Positions 20,984-30,923 are shown, counted from the first letter of the stretch. The stretch is DNA of 64,000 bases from Pyrodictiaceae archaeon (GCA_027036135.1 JALVSY010000030.1:246222-310221), one strand, 5' to 3'. The notes: generated by a model not told the origin, from the letters alone. Numbers and translations: made by a program.

Positions 20984-21556
20984 TTGAGAACAAGTACAGC
21001 AATAATAGCAATAACCATGCTAGCCTCGCTACTAAGCACAGCCGCCCTATGGAACTTGATGCTCCAGGTACAGGGAGTAGTGAAGACAGGCAGCTACGAC
21101 CCAGAAATAACATCAACCAAGCTAATAATTAGCGACCACTGCCAATGCAACTGCACCCACGGCCACGGAGAAGGAACCATAGAAACAGACCCAGATAACC
21201 ACCTAAGAATATACATACACATAGACCACGCACACCACAACACCACGATATGGCTAGGCCTCATAATATCCAACCAAGGTACAATCCCGCTCAAAATAAC
21301 CCGCGTAGAAACAAACGCCACAAATCAAGAAACCTACGTCTATGGACCCTACCAAGCACCAGGAACAAGCCAAGTATGGAGCCACGCCACAGCAGCAACA
21401 CTACCATACCTAGGATACACAGGGCTACCCAGCCCAAGCCTCCAAGCACCACAAAAACTAATACTATGGATAAAACTACAACCCATACACCACCACACAC
21501 ATTGCCACAAAGAAACATACGAAGTAACCATAGAAACAAAACCATTCAACGCCTAA
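20984..21556 (+). CDS. Secreted His-rich protein resembling TasA-like / archaeal bundling pilin subunits
   Basis: Signal peptide, then ALW..L.V.G.VKTG..D strand and N.GTIP.K motif. Confidence 0.5.
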   Translation: MRTSTAIIAITMLASLLSTAALWNLMLQVQGVVKTGSYDPEITSTKLIISDHCQCNCTHGHGEGTIETDPDNHLRIYIHIDHAHHNTTIWLGLIISNQGTIPLKITRVETNATNQETYVYGPYQAPGTSQVWSHATAATLPYLGYTGLPSPSLQAPQKLILWIKLQPIHHHTHCHKETYEVTIETKPFNA

Positions 21557-21737
21557 ACACAAACACTTGGGCCTAATAACCCCATCACAGCACCAAACCA
21601 CTCCAGCCAATAAAGGCGCTACACATACTCAAATAATCTGTATATCTATGTTGATTGATTTTGCTAGCTTACTGGGCCCAAAGGGATATGTATTCTAGGG
21701 CTGGGCTAGTTCATTACAGTTATGAGCGGGTTGTGCA

Positions 21738-21992
21738 ATGTCTACTGAGCTTAGGGAGATTATCAGGCGTGAGCGTGTGCCCTACTCCGACAAGGAGAAG
21801 CTGTTCATTGTTTTAGGGCTCTTACTTAGTGGTAGGATTTCGCTGGGTAAGGCGGCTGAGCTGCTGGGTCTTAGGGTTGATGATTTCTGGCTGCTCATGC
21901 ACAAGCTTGGTGTTAAGTATAGCATTCTTGACGAGGAGGAGGTTGAGGAAGAGCTAGATGCCTATAGGAGGATCTTTAAGAGCAGTGTTTAA
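21738..21992 (+). CDS. UPF0175 family putative antitoxin
   Basis: GRISLGKAAELLGL..F..L..LGV HTH. Confidence 0.85.
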   Translation: MSTELREIIRRERVPYSDKEKLFIVLGLLLSGRISLGKAAELLGLRVDDFWLLMHKLGVKYSILDEEEVEEELDAYRRIFKSSV

Positions 21993-22434
21993 CACTTCTC
22001 CGATAATAGTATTGGCTAAGCTTGGCGTTCTGAGTAGTGCTCTTAAACTGTTTAGCGAGGTTGAGGTCCCCAGCGGTGTACTTGAGGAGTTAGAGAGAAA
22101 GAGGGATGAAGTGTACCAGGAGCTTATAAGAGCCATTAATGAAGGTAGTGTACGTGTCGAGAATATTAGAAGGAGGCTTCCGAGGCTCAGCGTCGGCGAA
22201 TCTTCTGCAATACTTCTAGCCTTAGCGAGGAACAAGATCGTAGTCCTAGACGATAAGAGAGCTCGAAGACTAGCTAGGGAGCTAGGCCTAGAAGTCATAG
22301 GGACACCCTCAATACTCAAGAAACTCCATGAGCAAGGCATCTTAGCTGAACCGCCTAGCACCATATACAGACGCCTAATTGAAATAGGATTCTACATAGA
22401 CAAGAAGCTTTTCAACAAAATCTTCCAGGAATAA
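21958..22434 (+). CDS. DUF3368 PIN-domain (VapC-like) protein
   Basis: VFNTSPII.L, GESSAI.LA, LDDKRARR.A..LGL..IGT. Confidence 0.88.
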   Translation: MPIGGSLRAVFNTSPIIVLAKLGVLSSALKLFSEVEVPSGVLEELERKRDEVYQELIRAINEGSVRVENIRRRLPRLSVGESSAILLALARNKIVVLDDKRARRLARELGLEVIGTPSILKKLHEQGILAEPPSTIYRRLIEIGFYIDKKLFNKIFQE

Positions 22435-22745
22435 ATAGAACAACTATAGCTCAAGGCTAAGGCCACAAAATTCTACAATAACAGGACACAGGCCAACCGA
22501 CCCCTACCTGCTGCCCACCCAAGACACCTACTCAAGAGCACGCTTTACATACCGCAAGGAGCTTCCCCGCACTATATCTCTGCAAAATCATGAAGTTTAC
22601 AAGGGAATACTATTTCAAAATCGCTACCCATTATATATCATCTAGCATTCTAGATAGGATTTCCCCATGAACGTTTAGCTCAAAGATAATATATTAGACC
22701 AGATTGGCAGGGGAGGAAGTGCTAGAAACTAGTTGCCCTGAATAT

Positions 22746-22797
22746 TGGTGAGGCCGCGAGGATTTGAATCCCGGATCTCCGGCTCCGAAGGCTGGCG
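22746..22797 (-). pseudogene. Degenerate tRNA 3' half (Arg-TCG-like anticodon arm, Pro-like acceptor end); att-like relic
   Basis: Revcomp CGCCAGCCTTCGGAGCCGGAGATCCGGGATTCAAATCCTCGCGGCCTCACCA; no 5' half. Confidence 0.8.
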
Positions 22798-22944
22798 ATA
22801 TAAAAGTGATGTTTCCAATAGAAACCATGAAATGGAAACACACTTCAAGAATAGTTATCGGATAGGATACCTATCATGATGATCTGGAAACTCTTCCGTA
22901 GATAGGAGTATAAAGCATATTGGGCTGGGGGCTCGTAGTAGTTC

Positions 22945-23172
22945 TTGGAGGTGTATGGAGAATTGTCCAAGGTGGTCAAAGCAGTATATAAGGATGGTGT
23001 GCTGAAGCTTCTAGAGCCTGTAGAGCTCAGGGAAGGCGAGGAGGTGTTTGTGAGGCTGGAGAGGTACGAGAACCGGGTCAGGAGACTCCGTAAGTATCGG
23101 GGCATGCTGGGTAAGGCGAGTAGGGAGGAGATAGAAGAACTCCTACTTGAGGCCGAGTTCGAGCGTCTCTAG
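22945..23172 (+). CDS. AF2212-like (DUF104) antitoxin; start probably TTG 22963
   Basis: VKAVYKDGVLK.LEPVEL.EGEEV signature. Confidence 0.88.
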   Translation: MEVYGELSKVVKAVYKDGVLKLLEPVELREGEEVFVRLERYENRVRRLRKYRGMLGKASREEIEELLLEAEFERL

Positions 23173-23187
23173 AGGGGATTAGCAGGG

Positions 23188-23644
23188 TTGAAAGTAGTAG
23201 ACACTAACATCTTCGTACATCTTCGTAGAATACCTCTTCGACGGAGACCGTGCCGACGAAGCTGAGAGACTCTTAGCCTCGTACCCGGACCTGGCAGCGA
23301 CTGTTGGGATAATCAATGAAGTGGAATTTGTGATTATAAGGCGCCTAGCAAAGAAAAGACTGGGCATTAGGAAGCTCAGCAGGCCCAGGGAGCATATAAG
23401 GAGGAATGAGCTAGGCTTCGCAATCAACATGCTCGAGCGATACACTGAAATGCTCTAAGAATTCGACATAGCAGTCCTAAGAGACCATGCAGAACCCAAG
23501 GAGCTACTGGAAACCATGAGAAAATACAGGCTAACCCCGAGCGACGCCATCATAGCCTTAACCTGTAAGCACTATAGTATAAACGCTATCCTTACTTTCG
23601 ACGAGGACTTCAAGAGAATACCTTGGCTGAAGGTTATACCCTAG
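23188..23644 (+). pseudogene. vapC: VapC/PIN toxin pseudogene
   Basis: VVDTNIF...SDAIIALTC...ILTFDEDF; disrupted by a 10-bp tandem duplication ACATCTTCGT (23207-23226) and an in-frame TAA at 23456-23458. Confidence 0.88.
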
Positions 23645-23771
23645 AAATCCCAGAATCATATGGTGATTATACTACATGGTTATCAAGGACTGAGTAGGCA
23701 TCAGCTAGGGTTCGAGGTTTCCGCGTTTGATAACCCCTTATTGGAAATTAGTGATGGTTTCGTGGAGTTTG

Positions 23772-23826
23772 TGGCGGGCCCGCCGGGATTTGAACCCTCG
23801 ACCACTGGCTCCGAAGACCAGCGTCC
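23772..23826 (-). pseudogene. Degenerate tRNA-Arg(TCG) 3' half; att-like relic
   Basis: Revcomp GGACGCTGGTCTTCGGAGCCAGTGGTCGAGGGTTCAAATCCCGGCGGGCCCGCCA. Confidence 0.82.
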
Positions 23827-24043
23827 ACGGAAAACTATTTACTGGGCAAATAGGTACTACAAAGACAGCTTGCATGAGTTACCCCTGAATCATGCATCGC
23901 TTAAATATCTAGAGCGTTTCATAAAGGAAAGAGGCATAGCGTCTATTGAATTGGTATCATAGTTAAGCATATGCCTTGTCTACTTCAATCAGCTATAATA
24001 TAGCATGTAATAATGACGTGAATGACCCGAATAAGGATTCCCC

Positions 24044-24122
24044 GGAGCCCCCGAGGAGCAGACCGCTGGCGGACTATTCTTCCCCCCGGAGACGGAGCAC
24101 TGCGTACTTCCCCGGGGCTTCA
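24044..24122. ncRNA. GC-rich structured hairpin element, copy 1
   Basis: GGAGCCCCCGAGGAG...CTTCCCCGGGGCTTC stem; aligns with 34484-34568. Confidence 0.5.
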
Positions 24123-24295
24123 CGGACTTTAAGCCCGCAGAAACAAGGAAGCGGAGCAAAACTCCACCCCACCACTTAAGCCAATACAACACCCCACTAC
24201 TTAGCGGACATGTAATAAACGCAAGATAGCCTTTGAGAAAAAGCCTTAAACCGGGCCCTCTAATGCAATAAGACCAAAATGGAGTCCTCTCCTCT

Positions 24296-24405
24296 GGGGC
24301 CGTCGTCTAGCTTGGCAGGATGCGGGGCTTGGGCCCCCGTACGGCCTTCCCGCCCTAGGGAGGCCGGGGCGAAGGTCCGGGGTTCAAATCCCCGCGGCCC
24401 CACCA
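24296..24405 (+). tRNA. tRNA-Pro(TGG) with ~33-nt non-canonical intron at the anticodon stem/variable loop junction (~24340-24373)
   Basis: GGGGCCG...CGGCCCC ACCA; anticodon arm CGGGG-CTTGGGC-CCCCG intact, followed by a hairpin insert CGGCCTTCCC..GGGAGGCCG. Confidence 0.9.
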
Positions 24406-25061
24406 TATAGCACCCCTATAAATTTCTATCAATTCTAAGCACACTCCTTAGTTAACTAGTTGACGAACGTTTTGTTATATTAACGTTCTATGGTGTTAGG
24501 AGTGTTAGTTGAAGTATTTAGAGTGCATTTTCTAGCCTATGTAGAGCTGTCCAAGATAGTTTTGTGAATATGTTTACGTAATATCTTCATTGTCAAGGAT
24601 TTACTAGTATTACATGGAGCTTGTCTAGGTCTGCATGGGCATGCTGAGTGAAGGATATAAACTAATTTACGCTAGTTACTAAATCTCTATGATTTTGAGG
24701 TTAACGGTAAATAAATAATTGAATGAGTGTGACTGACTATAACTGTGATATTTAAACAAGATGGCAGCGAAGGTGCAAACTGTCATGAATATGGGAGAGT
24801 TCGGGCGTGGGGGAGTGTGGTTAATGGTGTGTTAATTGGTGATAATTGTATTTATTGTCTATGTTTATATGTACATACCTAGTTAGAAAAGGATCTTGGG
24901 GTTTCTTAGGAAAAATAGAGCCAGGAGGCGGAGAGTACTAGGTTAATGGGATTACGATATGGAAGCGTAAGTAAGTTTATATTGAGTAGTTTGTGGGAAC
25001 TATACAGTGGAGCTAAGCGTTACCTTTAAATAAGTCTTCTAAGGGTGCGACAGGGGCTTGA

Positions 25062-25262
25062 TTGGAAATGGCAAGGGTTGTGTCGTTTCCTGAAGAGCTG
25101 CGTGGCAAGTGGGTGGCCTATAAGCTCAACAGAGATATCCAAGTGATAGACTATGACGAGGACTTCGAGAAGCTCCTAGCTAGGCTACGTAGCAAGGGCT
25201 TGGACGTGAGATTTATCCAGGTAGACTATGTCCCTGACGAGGACGTAGTCTTTCTGGTCTAG
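25062..25262 (+). CDS. Small DUF5678-like protein
   Basis: GKWVAY...VI..DEDF..L...VDYVP pattern; precedes an aspartyl protease. Confidence 0.6.
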   Translation: MEMARVVSFPEELRGKWVAYKLNRDIQVIDYDEDFEKLLARLRSKGLDVRFIQVDYVPDEDVVFLV

Positions 25263-25272
25263 GTGCCCGGTA

Positions 25273-25725
25273 TTGGAATGCGTTAATGGGTTTTTCCAAC
25301 GTCTCTCATCCGCTACTGAATACCCTCTCGTGAAAGCGCGTCTCTACATCGATGGCGAGCTAAAGGGCGAGCTTCTCCTCCTGGTAGATACTGGCGCGGG
25401 TGTAACTAGTATATCCTATAGGGATGCCCTGAGACTGGGACTCACCAACATAGTGAAGCGCGGGCCAAGAAGGAAAGTAGTGGGGGTATCTGGTACTGCG
25501 CAGGAACGCGTACTAGCAGGCACCATAGAGCTAGAACTATTTGATGAAAGCAACGTGCTAAGGCTAAGGCTCAGCTCAGTAACCGTGGCGGAAAAGCCGA
25601 GACAACACGGTAAAGACTTCAATCTGGCCCTCCAGAGACCGAGCATACTAGGCTGGGACGCCCTCAAAAACACAGTAATAACGGTAGACTATGGCAAGAA
25701 GCTTGTACAAATTTGCTTACCATGA
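25273..25725 (+). CDS. Retropepsin-like (clan AA) aspartyl protease
   Basis: LVDTGA..T catalytic motif, ILGWD, ITVDY. Confidence 0.85.
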   Translation: MECVNGFFQRLSSATEYPLVKARLYIDGELKGELLLLVDTGAGVTSISYRDALRLGLTNIVKRGPRRKVVGVSGTAQERVLAGTIELELFDESNVLRLRLSSVTVAEKPRQHGKDFNLALQRPSILGWDALKNTVITVDYGKKLVQICLP

Positions 25726-25964
25726 TTCGTTCAATGCTCCTTTAGTAACTAGGAGTGCCAGCACTATCTCGACGAATATTTGAATGTATTTTGTATTAAT
25801 AATGAATCTAGGAATCTAAAGAATAGAAAACATAGTCACAGACTAAGAAAGAGGCTGCAAACGTGATGAGGAAAGGAAGTGAACCTAAGGGTATAAACTT
25901 TTGACTCAATGACCAGCATAGGAGTTTTTCGAAAACATTGCTAAAACCGGGGAATAGTAGAGGG

Positions 25965-26390
25965 TTAGTCCTGGCTACTTATCTTTATCCAGATCAGCGT
26001 TACCTCGCTCGTTTTACTTGTTTTTGTTACGCAGTTGTTTTCTCGTAGCTTCTCCTCCGCCCTCATCACTGGCTCTGGTGGCTCGGGGATGTCCGGTGCC
26101 TCCGAGGCATACATAGCTAGTGCCTCTGCTAAGTCGTCGTCTCTGAAGCCTAGTGCATGAACTAGTTCGTGGAGGAGGGCATGGGCGGCGTAGCCCGTGT
26201 CGAACAGTATGTGCGGGGACACGGTAACGAAGCCACCGCTCCTATTCTCCACATAGATTGCGTCAACAGCCCCGCCTTCATCCCCGACCAGAAGAGCGGG
26301 GAAAATAGCTAGGCGCCTATCCCTAGCAAGCTCCCTGGGAACCCCGAGCAATACCTCGCAAAACTCCCTCCTATCACTAGGGCAATCCAC
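25965..26390 (-). CDS. Small HExxH metallopeptidase-like protein
   Basis: ALLHELVHALG...E..A zincin motif. Confidence 0.65.
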   Translation of the reverse strand: MDCPSDRREFCEVLLGVPRELARDRRLAIFPALLVGDEGGAVDAIYVENRSGGFVTVSPHILFDTGYAAHALLHELVHALGFRDDDLAEALAMYASEAPDIPEPPEPVMRAEEKLRENNCVTKTSKTSEVTLIWIKISSQD

Positions 26391-26567
26391 GAGAACCTTA
26401 GCGGCCTTCTCAACAGCCTCAACAAGCCTCGATATAAACCACTCAACCCCGACACCAAGAACCGTAACAACACGGGGCTCAGAAGACAGTGCGTGAGCAC
26501 CCCCTAAACTATTATCTGTTATCTTGGTCCACTAAGTGGTGTTGTCTAGCTCTAGTTCTGGGCCACA

Positions 26568-28403
26568 TTAGGGGTATGAGTGGCTTAGCGTCAATGCTCT
26601 CGCTCTATCCTTCTCAGCGGCTCTTACGAGTTTTAAGGCTTCATCAATATCTACTGTGAATATTTTTAACTCTTCCATGGTTCCTCTTATTAGTCCACTC
26701 TATTAGCCTTCTGAGCCATGTCCTCGGGAGAATTGCTGCTTGGGGAGGCGGTAATACTATCCAGAGCTCTGAGCCTCCTTTCTCCACGATAGGTGCTCGC
26801 TCCTCTATGAGGTTCCTAAGCCTTAGTAGTGGTAGCCCGCGCCCGTAGAGCGTCTCTACCTCAACTATTATGCTTGTGCCCCGGCTACTGGCACAGACGT
26901 CGGCAAGTACGCCCACCATGTCTCTGCACTCGTGCTCGGCTCCTACATTTTCGTAGCCTAGCACGTGTTTTAGGTATAGATAGGCTACAGCCTTGAAGGC
27001 GTAGTGAACAATGCTCTCTCCCTCGGGGCTTACCGGGACCTCTAGTTGTACAACACTACTGCCAGCTATGCGTGCCAGCCTCATATAGTACATAGTGTCT
27101 GCGTGCCTAGCGTAGCCGTCGAGGCCTATAAGGGATATAGCGCTTTCATCCCCGTAGGGTGGTAGCGGCTTCTCGGCATTAACTATGCGGCCCCAGATCA
27201 TATTAATAATTGCTATGAGCTGGGAAGGCGGTTTCGCCTCAACGCCTCTAAGCCTTACTCTGAATGCTGGTGCAGGTAATGGAGGAGATACATCCTCTAA
27301 GGTATTTGCAGCCACAATCTCTCTCAGCGCTATAGCTGCGTTATCTGTATAGATTACGATGAACCCGTAGCCCTGTGAGAACAGCTCAGCCAATTTCTCA
27401 CGGACACGTCTCAGACCCTCCTCGTCCCTCCCCTTAAGGGCGACAAGTTCCTCGGAGCCAAGCTTGACGAGAGCTACGCTGCTAGTCGCATAAAGCTCAA
27501 TAGTCCTCTCTATAGCCCCAGTTAAGCTAAGAGCTACAAAGGGCCTCGGAACACCATGAGCCATTCGGTGAATCTCCCGTAGCAATCGCGTCAAAAGCTC
27601 CGAGTACTCGAGGAGACCCTTCTCAGCGAGAATCAGCACTGGCCTATCATGGGCCACAAGCCCCACTAATAAACCCCGCACACTCGTAGCCTCATCCCAT
27701 GCAAGATCCTCGACAACTAGGAGTTCATCCGCGCTTCCCGCAACACTAGCTACCCAGTCCTCCTCAACACCCCTCTTCTCACCAGTCACGCGCTTTTCGG
27801 CCCTAGTCTCCGAGATCCTAGAGGAGGCGTTCTGTACAGCGGGCTCAGCATAAGCACTAGTCCAGGAAAGAGACATGTCAGGAAAACTTACAGCTCGAAT
27901 CTCCCTCGCAGACCTAAAGAGTGTTGAAACACTGTAAACCCTTAAGGGCTCCTCACCGGGCCACTCTGGAAGAGAGACATCAATCTCCCTATCTATAACG
28001 ACCCCGTCAGCAGGCTGAAACACCACATTCCCGGCCAGAATTGCTCGCAGCCCAGCAGGGCCAACACCTAGCTCAATACTAGTCACCGCATCACCAGCTA
28101 TATCAACTTCACGAGGCTCCAGGAACACTATCTCCTCAAGCTCTCTAGCCCTAGGCTCAACTACGTCAGCCAAATCAATATCGCTGTCAACCATTGAGAC
28201 ACTGATCACAGAGGGCTCGAACACCAAGGCTACATGTATCGGATACCTAATTTTCTCTTCCCTAAGCTTGGTAACCGTTTCAATACCATGTATAACTCTC
28301 TCTGAAGCAGCTTCTTCAACATTTATATTATGAATCGTATTTTCGCCTTGTCGGTACGCGTCCTTAACCGTAATCCCGTGCTCTTTAATACCTTTTTATT
28401 CAA
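26568..28403 (-). pseudogene. Large protein with a C-terminal PD-(D/E)xK-like nuclease domain; frameshifted in A5 runs near both ends (intact ORF 26644-28227)
   Basis: E...H..K, ADV...IVEVETL motif; upstream TTG 28403 with SD out of frame at 28393-28397; VKIFTVD tail restored by a shift at 26663-26667. Confidence 0.55.
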
Positions 28404-28416
28404 ACTGTTGTCTCCC

Positions 28417-29599
28417 TCAATACAAACGCCACAGTGTTTGAATATACAACTCATCTTGTCTATAGAGAGCAACGCCTAGAAAAGCTAGAGGTGCTATGGC
28501 TTCAACAAAAGATGTATATGAAACATTGTCAATGCTTCCGCCGGAAAGTTGAACGCGGTAGTATGCTATATTATACCATAAAGGAATATATATCCCATAT
28601 AATGATTGACAAACGCTTCCAACATAACCAATTTTAACTTCAATTCCTTTCTCCCTCACCGCTTCTAGTAATACTTTTATTATCGATTTGTAGACCTCAA
28701 GATAACGGTTATACTCGTTTATAATGTTTACGAAGTATTTTGTTGAGAATGTTGTTTGTGGCTATTAGTCCGTGGAGGCTGTATGCTAGGCATATTAGCT
28801 TGTGGAGTAGCCAGCCACTACTCTGGGGTACGTGGCCTATTATTGCTCTCTTTAGCTTCTCTTCTTTGTTTAGTATGTCCGGGGCTAGTAGTACTTGGAG
28901 TCTTATTCCGTAGGTTTTGAAGGTCTCTTTAAGTTCTTCCTCTTTTGGTTCGACTTGGTCGTTTCTTTGCTCGAAGCTTATGCCGTATATATGTTGTAGG
29001 TAGAAGGTCGGGGTTGACATGAAGCTTTGCAGTATAAAGGTCACTGGATTGTAGAGGGGTAGGAGCTTCTTTGAGGTGTCAAGTATGTCTTTTAGGGCTC
29101 GGAGGGCGGCGAGGGGGTCTTTGGCGTCATAGTTTATGGGCTCTACCTCTGCTTCGGCTCTGCTCTTCTCGTATAGTATCTGGTAAAGTGTCTTGTTTAT
29201 CTCCCTTATAGTATCCACGATCTTGTTGCTGTTTATCCCGATCTTGATGTCTTTGCCTGCGTCGGCTGGTTTATCGCCCTCCCTGAGCCTCGTAGCGAAT
29301 TTCCTTAACTCGTCGCTATCTATGTCTATTCCCGGTGCTTTGCGGTAAAAGAGTCCTAGAGCTCTATCACTGTACTTGGCTTTCTCCGCGTTGAAGCCTC
29401 CTAGTATGGTTTTTAGCAGGTACTCTTTCTCCTCGTCTCTTATGATATCTTCCAGCGTTCTCCCTGAAAGCATGGCAGTAAGTTCTTGGTAGAGCTGTAA
29501 GAAGCCCAGGGTCCTCCAGTATAGCTTGGCTAAAAGCCGCCAATACTCGTCCCACTTGTCGTGGTTAAGAAGGATGCTCCGAAGCTCTGTGTATTTCAA
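28417..29599 (-). pseudogene. Hypothetical helical protein split by a frameshift (ORFs 28709-29599 and 28417-28659)
   Basis: Removing one A at 28738-28741 gives the continuous read ...LNKYFVNIINEYNRYLEVYKSIIKVLLEAVREKG... Confidence 0.65.
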
Positions 29600-29971
29600 G
29601 TAGCTTCCCGCCCTAGAGTCTGTGCAATAAATATAGTATATGTTTTACCCTTTATAGATTCTGTGATAAGCGCGAACTAACTAGGATGAGAAACACCTAA
29701 TATGGTGGCTTCGCTTTACCCATACTACTCCATATTCATAATTAATTACCTGGCTATAGGCACCTATAACCAAGGCTAAGATGATTCCTATGTTTCCTTG
29801 TAAAAACTTTTTGGAAACACTTTAGTGGTTCTCAATCAATATATCATGGACAATTAGCTAGGTATTGTAATCTAGTGTTTAGTTAGAGAACGTGACTAGC
29901 AAGCAAGTGCTTGGTTAGGGTATAGATGTAGTTTCCTTCGTCTTCTCAAGCGGGTTTTAAATAAAATTCTT

Positions 29972-30874
29972 CTAAGCGTTATTAATGATTATATTCTTTA
30001 TAGCATTATTTATCAGTTTTTCTGCTTCCTCAATTAGTTCTTCCATTCGTCTCCAGCTATTCTCGAGGCTTTTCATGAGTTCTTGTTCTTGTTGCAGCCC
30101 TAGCTCCATAATGACTTGAGCAAGTGCTTCTGTTACCAGCGTAGAGATGTTTGTATAGAACTTTCTCAGTGAGCCGCCGTATACGGCTACGTAGTCGTAG
30201 AATCTGCTTCTCTTCGAGGCCTCCACGGCTACGTAGAAACGGGTCGTGTTAAGTAAGTATGTCTCGGTCATGCTTATTGCTTTCTCTACGTGATAAATCC
30301 TTGACACTCCATTGAAGTACTTCTTAGCCCTTGGGGTCATCCTTTCTATGACTTGGTGCACGAACTCGCTCCAGTTAATTCTTCTCTCAAACTCTAGTCT
30401 CTTGTTTAGCTTCTCCATAGCCTCGTCAGATAAGACATTGGTGATCTCTTTGAAATGCTTGTGGAGATTCTCGAAGAGGTTTGAGGGAGGCAGCGGAAAA
30501 CTTATTCTCATAGAACCAAGTATTCTCAAGCGAATATCGTGTAGATCTATGCGGATCCCTCTAAGAACAGTGTCAGGATCTAACTCTATACCGAGAAGTC
30601 TAGAGGACTTAACTCTCTCAAAGAGATCATCGAGTGCGTGGTGTAGGTAGAAGAGGTGAGGCTTTGAAGCAAGTTTCTGGAGTACCTGCTTAGCATTTCT
30701 AGCAAGCTTATGCCTCCTTGCACCACCCTCGGTCATGTATGGTGGATAAGGCTCCTTAACTACGGAAATACCGATATCATGGAGGGGGCCAGCATCAATA
30801 AGTCTTTCAACAAGCTCATCCCTTCCATAGCCGAGGATATCAGCAATTAGCCAATGAAGTCTCCAAGAAGGCAT
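29972..30874 (-). CDS. Putative Zn-dependent hydrolase, paralogue 1 (MPSW..H / ID / HD / HHALD)
   Basis: ATG 30874 after SD GGAGGT; metal-ligand pattern resembling phospholipase C/P1 nuclease. Confidence 0.55.
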   Translation of the reverse strand: MPSWRLHWLIADILGYGRDELVERLIDAGPLHDIGISVVKEPYPPYMTEGGARRHKLARNAKQVLQKLASKPHLFYLHHALDDLFERVKSSRLLGIELDPDTVLRGIRIDLHDIRLRILGSMRISFPLPPSNLFENLHKHFKEITNVLSDEAMEKLNKRLEFERRINWSEFVHQVIERMTPRAKKYFNGVSRIYHVEKAISMTETYLLNTTRFYVAVEASKRSRFYDYVAVYGGSLRKFYTNISTLVTEALAQVIMELGLQQEQELMKSLENSWRRMEELIEEAEKLINNAIKNIIINNA

Positions 30875-30923
30875 ACCTCCACCCATCTACCCAGAGACTC
30901 ACGGGTGAGCAATTTGTGTCCCG

